A stretch of 64,000 bases of DNA from an uncultured Chloroflexia bacterium (lineage in GTDB: Bacteria > Chloroflexota > Limnocylindria > Limnocylindrales > CSP1-4), in the NCBI GenBank assembly GCA_963712745.1, contig CAVQJC010000002.1, positions 64,001 to 128,000 on the forward strand, given 5' to 3'. Under the pieces are notes generated by a model. The model had not been told where the DNA came from and made no database searches. It was given only the letters and a program-made list of their open reading frames with translations. How positions within the stretch are numbered: position 1 is the first letter of the stretch; every line of letters begins with the position of its first letter. Made by a program: the position numbers and the translations under genes. Below are positions 60,114 to 64,000 of this stretch, one piece after another.

Positions 60114-60767
60114 CTAGAGGAGGATGACCGAGTCTCCGCCAGGATCCCGAGAAGCCGCCAGTCGCTCGAGTGCGATCGCACCGGGGACTGGGAAGTCGGC
60201 ATGGAAGCCCGCGCCGGCCCCTCGCATGAAGGCACGGTTGTGCCGCGTGTCCGAGAGAAGGAGGATGAGGTGGTCGACTCCACCGTCGCGGCGCTTCAGC
60301 ACCAGGCGGCGCTGCAACGCCTGAGAGTCGCGCGCCCGCGTCTCCGCCTCCACGCCGATCCGCACGGGCGGCATACGGATGAGCGCGTCCCACGCCCTGC
60401 GGTCCCGCACGTTCGGCAAGGGGACCTCCGTCTGCCACAGGATCTCCTCCCCAAGGCGAACCCGCAGTCGCTCGAGCAGGGCCAGGTGGGCACGGTCGCG
60501 CAGCGCGTCGCCACCGGGGTAGGCGCGCACTCGGAGGTCGAGTCCGACCGCGGCCGCGGCTCGAACGAAGTCTGTCAGCGGCAGGAACGGCGATTGGCCT
60601 CGCTCGAGCCGACTCCAGGCCGAGACGGACTTGCCGACCGCGCCACTCACGGAGCGCTGGCTCAGGTTCCGGTCCAGCCGGGCCTCTCGTATCTCCCGGC
60701 CGAGGTCCATGACGATCAGGCGGGCGACCCTTCGCGCCCGGTCGTCGCTGCGCTCATGTCCTGACAT
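60114..60767 (-). CDS. XRE-type HTH fused to a putative PD-(D/E)XK/Vsr-like endonuclease domain
   Basis: LGREIREARLDRNLSQRSVSGAVGKSVSAWSRLERG (HTH), then TEVP...RAWDALI...IGVEAET (E..D..ExE). Confidence 0.7.
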   Translation of the reverse strand: MSGHERSDDRARRVARLIVMDLGREIREARLDRNLSQRSVSGAVGKSVSAWSRLERGQSPFLPLTDFVRAAAAVGLDLRVRAYPGGDALRDRAHLALLERLRVRLGEEILWQTEVPLPNVRDRRAWDALIRMPPVRIGVEAETRARDSQALQRRLVLKRRDGGVDHLILLLSDTRHNRAFMRGAGAGFHADFPVPGAIALERLAASRDPGGDSVILL

Positions 60768-60926
60768 GGGTGCGATGGTGACGGTCGGCCCTTACCTGGC
60801 GCTTCACTCGACCGTATCCGGGTGCATGTCTACATTGCGTGTCCTGGGTCGAAGCAGTTGGCGTGTTCCTCCTCGCAGGCCGGTGTCAGGCGGCGAGGAG
60901 GTCTCGTCCAGGGGCTTGACCGGCGC

Positions 60927-61078
60927 GTTCCCGTTCAGCGGGAGAAGTCGACGTCATCGAGCCTGGGTATGCCGCGGCCATTGCGCTCAGTGCAACGGAC
61001 GGACAGTGCGTCCCGTTCAATGGGAATCCAAGACCGAATCGGGAGTTGGTGTGTCGCGTTGTCCCGCTCAGCGAGAAC
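60927..61078. repeat. Three to four further palindrome copies upstream of the HTH-nuclease gene
   Basis: TTCCCGTTCAGCGGGA (60928), TTGCGCTCAGTGCAA (60981), GTCCCGTTCAATGGGA (61010) and GTCGCGTTGTCCCGCTCAGCGAGAAC (61053). Confidence 0.8.
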
Positions 61079-61091
61079 CGGTTCAGGGGCA

Positions 61092-61233
61092 CGCGGCAGG
61101 GGCCCGCAGGTGCGCGGCAGGGCACGCAGGAAGGGCACGCAGAAGCAGGATGCGCAGGTGCGCGGCAGGGGCCCGCAGGTGCGCGGCAGGGCACGCAGGA
61201 ATGGCACGCAGAAGCAGGATGCGCAGGTGCGCG
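61092..61233. repeat. 69-bp tandem duplication rich in GCAGG
   Basis: CGCGGCAGGGGCCCGCAGGTGCGCGGCAGGGCACGCAGGAA.GGCACGCAGAAGCAGGATGCGCAGGTG at 61092 and 61161. Confidence 0.9.
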
Positions 61234-61285
61234 CGGCAGACCCAAGTGGCCGCAGGGCTCAGGCCCCGGGCTCCGGCCGTAGGGC

Positions 61286-61828
61286 TCAGGCCTCCGTGCC
61301 GGCCTCCCCGGACTCGGCCGCTGGCGGGCCCTCTCCGGCCGGCGGACCCTCGCCGGCGCCGGAGCCGTCATCGTCGGCTGCCGTGCTCCCGCCCTCGACC
61401 GACTCGGCGGTGTCGAACGCGCCAAGCTCCATCTGGATGTAGCCGGGCGCGACCTGGAACGGCAGCGGCTCCTGCACGACCTCCTCGCCTTCGCCACCCG
61501 GCGGTGGCACGAACTCGAGCACCACGCGCTCATCGCTCTGCACCAGGGTGTAGGTGATGAGCTGATCGGGCCGCGTCTCGAACTCGAGGTGCTCCCAGGA
61601 GGCCACCGAAAGGCAGATGGAGAGGGGCGTGAAGAAGGAGGAGACGTCGGGCCGGTCGGCCACGATGCGCTCGACCCAGCCGGTCCCATGCGACACGACC
61701 TCGCGTCCACGGACGTAGCGGTAGGCCACGGTCTGGCGCAGCAGCGGCCGCAGCAGGTGATAGATGTCGACGGGGTTCGAGACCAGCCCAGCGTTGACGA
61801 AGAACTTGGCCGGCAGCTCCCTCGACAC
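61286..61828 (-). CDS. Hypothetical protein
   Basis: GGGAGG RBS plus GTG; globular N-part with an acidic tail; coding-like bias. Confidence 0.7.
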   Translation of the reverse strand: MSRELPAKFFVNAGLVSNPVDIYHLLRPLLRQTVAYRYVRGREVVSHGTGWVERIVADRPDVSSFFTPLSICLSVASWEHLEFETRPDQLITYTLVQSDERVVLEFVPPPGGEGEEVVQEPLPFQVAPGYIQMELGAFDTAESVEGGSTAADDDGSGAGEGPPAGEGPPAAESGEAGTEA

Positions 61829-61998
61829 GCACCCTCCCGCAGCATGCGGCCCGCGTCCGCTTCGGACCATTCGACGACGTCGCGGCCGATGGTATCGCAG
61901 AGTCCTGCCCCTCGGCCCGCCCCCGTCGCACTCCGTCGGACTCCGCCGCAGCCGCCATGCACCGGCCGAGCCTGCCTCACGGGCCTATCATCGGCAGC

Positions 61999-62823
61999 GT
62001 GATCCTGGCAGTGGACATCGGCAACAGCGCCGCCAAGGCCGCACTCGTGGATGGGGCGAGCATCCTCGCGTCGGGCCGGCTGGACACGTCCTCGGCCAGT
62101 ACGGAGGACCTAGCCGACGGGCTGCGCGTGCTCACCGGCAGACCCGAGGAAGCGCCCACCCGCATCATCACGGTCAGCGTCGTGGACCGCTGGACCGAAC
62201 GACTGGAGCACGTGGCCGACGAGCTGGGCCTCCCGCTCACCGTCGTCGCGGCCAGCCATATCCCCATCAGCACCGCGCTGGTGCGCCCGGACCAGACCGG
62301 CCCCGACCGCCTCATCGCGGCCTGGGCAGCGGCGCAGCTGCACGGCACGCCGGTCATCGTGGTCGACCTGGGTACGGCCACCACTGTCGATGCCGTCGAT
62401 GCCGACGGCTTCTTCCTGGGCGGGGCCATCCTGCCGGGCCTGGGCCTCGCCGCCGACTCGCTTGCCGAAGGCACGGCCCGCCTGCCGCGTGTCGAGCCCG
62501 CGTTGCCGCCAGACGCCATCGGCAGCGACACCACCTCTGCCATCGCCAGCGGCGTGGTCTTCGGTCATATCGGTGCCGTACGCGAGCTCGCCCTGCGCAT
62601 GCATGAGCGCATCGAGCCCGGCACCCCCCGGCGGGCGCCGACCAAGGTCGTCGTCACCGGCGGCTATGCTGCAGCCGCGTGGGCCGAGGCCGCCTGGCGC
62701 GCACCCGCCGCAGCAGGTTTGCCGGCCATCGCCGACGTGCTCGACCCCGATCTCGTGCTGCGCGGGCTCGGCCTGCTCGCCGAGCACATGGGCGCGCGGC
62801 CATCCGCAGGAGCCACCCGATGA
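61999..62823 (+). CDS. coaX: Type III pantothenate kinase
   Basis: LAVDIGNS, GPDR, VDLGTATT and GGAILPG motifs. Confidence 0.93.
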   Translation: MILAVDIGNSAAKAALVDGASILASGRLDTSSASTEDLADGLRVLTGRPEEAPTRIITVSVVDRWTERLEHVADELGLPLTVVAASHIPISTALVRPDQTGPDRLIAAWAAAQLHGTPVIVVDLGTATTVDAVDADGFFLGGAILPGLGLAADSLAEGTARLPRVEPALPPDAIGSDTTSAIASGVVFGHIGAVRELALRMHERIEPGTPRRAPTKVVVTGGYAAAAWAEAAWRAPAAAGLPAIADVLDPDLVLRGLGLLAEHMGARPSAGATR

Positions 62824-64000
62824 CCGACCAGACCAACCCCAAGCCCGCCGACCGTCCGCTCCAGGGACGGTTGATCCTGCTCGGCGTGACCGGCTCCATC
62901 GCCGCCTACAAGGGGGCCGAGTTGCTGCGCGAGTTCGTCCGCGCAGGAGCCGAGGTACAGGTGATGATGAGCGAGGCCGCGACCCACTTCATCGGCACGC
63001 TGACGATGGAGGCGCTCTCAGGACGGGCGGTCATGCTCGACCCCCTCGAGCTGCAGTCCGACAGCCGTATCGGGCACATCGTCGCCGCCGACGCGGCCGA
63101 CGCCATCCTCGTCGCGCCCGCCACAGCCCGCTGGCTGGGGGCCATGGCCAACGGCCTGGCCAACGACGTCATCACCGCCACCTGCCTGGCCTCGAGTGCG
63201 CCGGTGGTGGTGGCGCCGGCCATGGACGGCGACATGTACGTCCATCCGGCCACCGTGGCCAACGTGGCCCGGCTGCGCGAGTTCGGCTACACCATCGTCG
63301 ACCCCGACACCGGCGCCCTGGCCTCTGGACAGGAAGGCATCGGCCGGCTCGTCGACCTGCCCACGCTGGTCGAGGCCGTGACGCAGGCCATCACCGGACG
63401 AGCCATTCGCCAGCCCGATCCCGCGTCCCGGCCGCCGCGTTTCGAGCCTCCACGTGAGGCCGACCTTGCGGGCATGCATCTCGTCGTCAGCGCCGGCGGC
63501 AACGCCGAGCCCATCGACCCGGTGCGCTTCATCGGCAACCGCTCCAGCGGCAAGATGGGCATGGCCATCGCGGCGGCGGCCATGGCCCGGGGCGCGCGCG
63601 TGACCCTGGTCAAGGGCACGACCAGCGTCGAACCGCCCGCCGGCGCGGACGTGGTGGAGGCCGAGACGGCCGCTGCCATGCGCGAGGCCGTCCTGGGCGC
63701 CCTCCCCACCGCCGATGCCCTGATCATGGCCGCAGCAGTGGCCGACTTCCGCCCCATCGACAGCGCGAGCGCCAAGATCGCCCGTGCCGATGGCCTCGAC
63801 CTGCGCCTGGAGCCAACGACGGACATCCTGGCCGAGGCTGCGGCCCGGGCACGCGCGACCGGCGAGGGTCCCACCGCGCGCCCGGTCATCGTCGGCTTCG
63901 CGGCCGAGACCGGCTCGCTCGATCGCGCTCCTGAGAAAGCCGCGCGCAAGGGCGTCGACCTGCTGGTGGCCAACGACGTGTCCGAGCCCGGATCGGGCTT
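62820..64000 (+). CDS. coaBC: Bifunctional phosphopantothenoylcysteine decarboxylase/ligase; runs off the window
   Basis: GVTGSIAAYK, APATA, PAMDGDM, EPIDPVRFIGNRSSGKMG, VGFAAET and ANDV motifs. Confidence 0.95.
   Translation, partial: MTDQTNPKPADRPLQGRLILLGVTGSIAAYKGAELLREFVRAGAEVQVMMSEAATHFIGTLTMEALSGRAVMLDPLELQSDSRIGHIVAADAADAILVAPATARWLGAMANGLANDVITATCLASSAPVVVAPAMDGDMYVHPATVANVARLREFGYTIVDPDTGALASGQEGIGRLVDLPTLVEAVTQAITGRAIRQPDPASRPPRFEPPREADLAGMHLVVSAGGNAEPIDPVRFIGNRSSGKMGMAIAAAAMARGARVTLVKGTTSVEPPAGADVVEAETAAAMREAVLGALPTADALIMAAAVADFRPIDSASAKIARADGLDLRLEPTTDILAEAAARARATGEGPTARPVIVGFAAETGSLDRAPEKAARKGVDLLVANDVSEPGSG

Overview
High-GC (about 70%) bacterial chromosome segment. It is tentatively Chloroflexota-like, an inference from gene content and protein style only. 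Housekeeping and metabolic content includes: a partial DHA2 MFS exporter; tRNA-Ser(GCT)/tRNA-Arg(GCG); aroE; a HAL2-type nucleotidase; GH18; a trp operon with trpD, a single TrpC-TrpF-TrpB fusion ORF and trpA; dehydrogenases; a ROK-ABC-GH15-GH66 alpha-1,6-glucan cluster; an ABC-2 exporter; and serS, class I lysK, greA, argR, uppP, ndk, an M16 peptidase, coaX and coaBC. An accessory region (about 34.9-46.2 kb) abuts the 3' end of tRNA-Ser(TGA). Top signals: (1) a dispersed palindrome family (TCCCGYTSARCGGGA) amplified in unrelated tandem units at three loci, flanking both sides of an XRE-HTH plus PD-(D/E)XK-like nuclease gene, a candidate REP/RAYT-analogous system; (2) two secreted-protein genes built as modules, each with a c-di-GMP-II-like riboswitch (apparently a variant pocket), a homologous signal peptide and a shared 3' hairpin; (3) the TrpC-F-B fusion; (4) tRNA-Arg with a GCG anticodon; (5) a stand-alone DszB-like protein; (6) a scar joining two 5'-truncated genes. 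Three frameshifts can each be repaired by adding one G in a G-run, so assembly indel errors are possible. All calls are by eye, without database searches.
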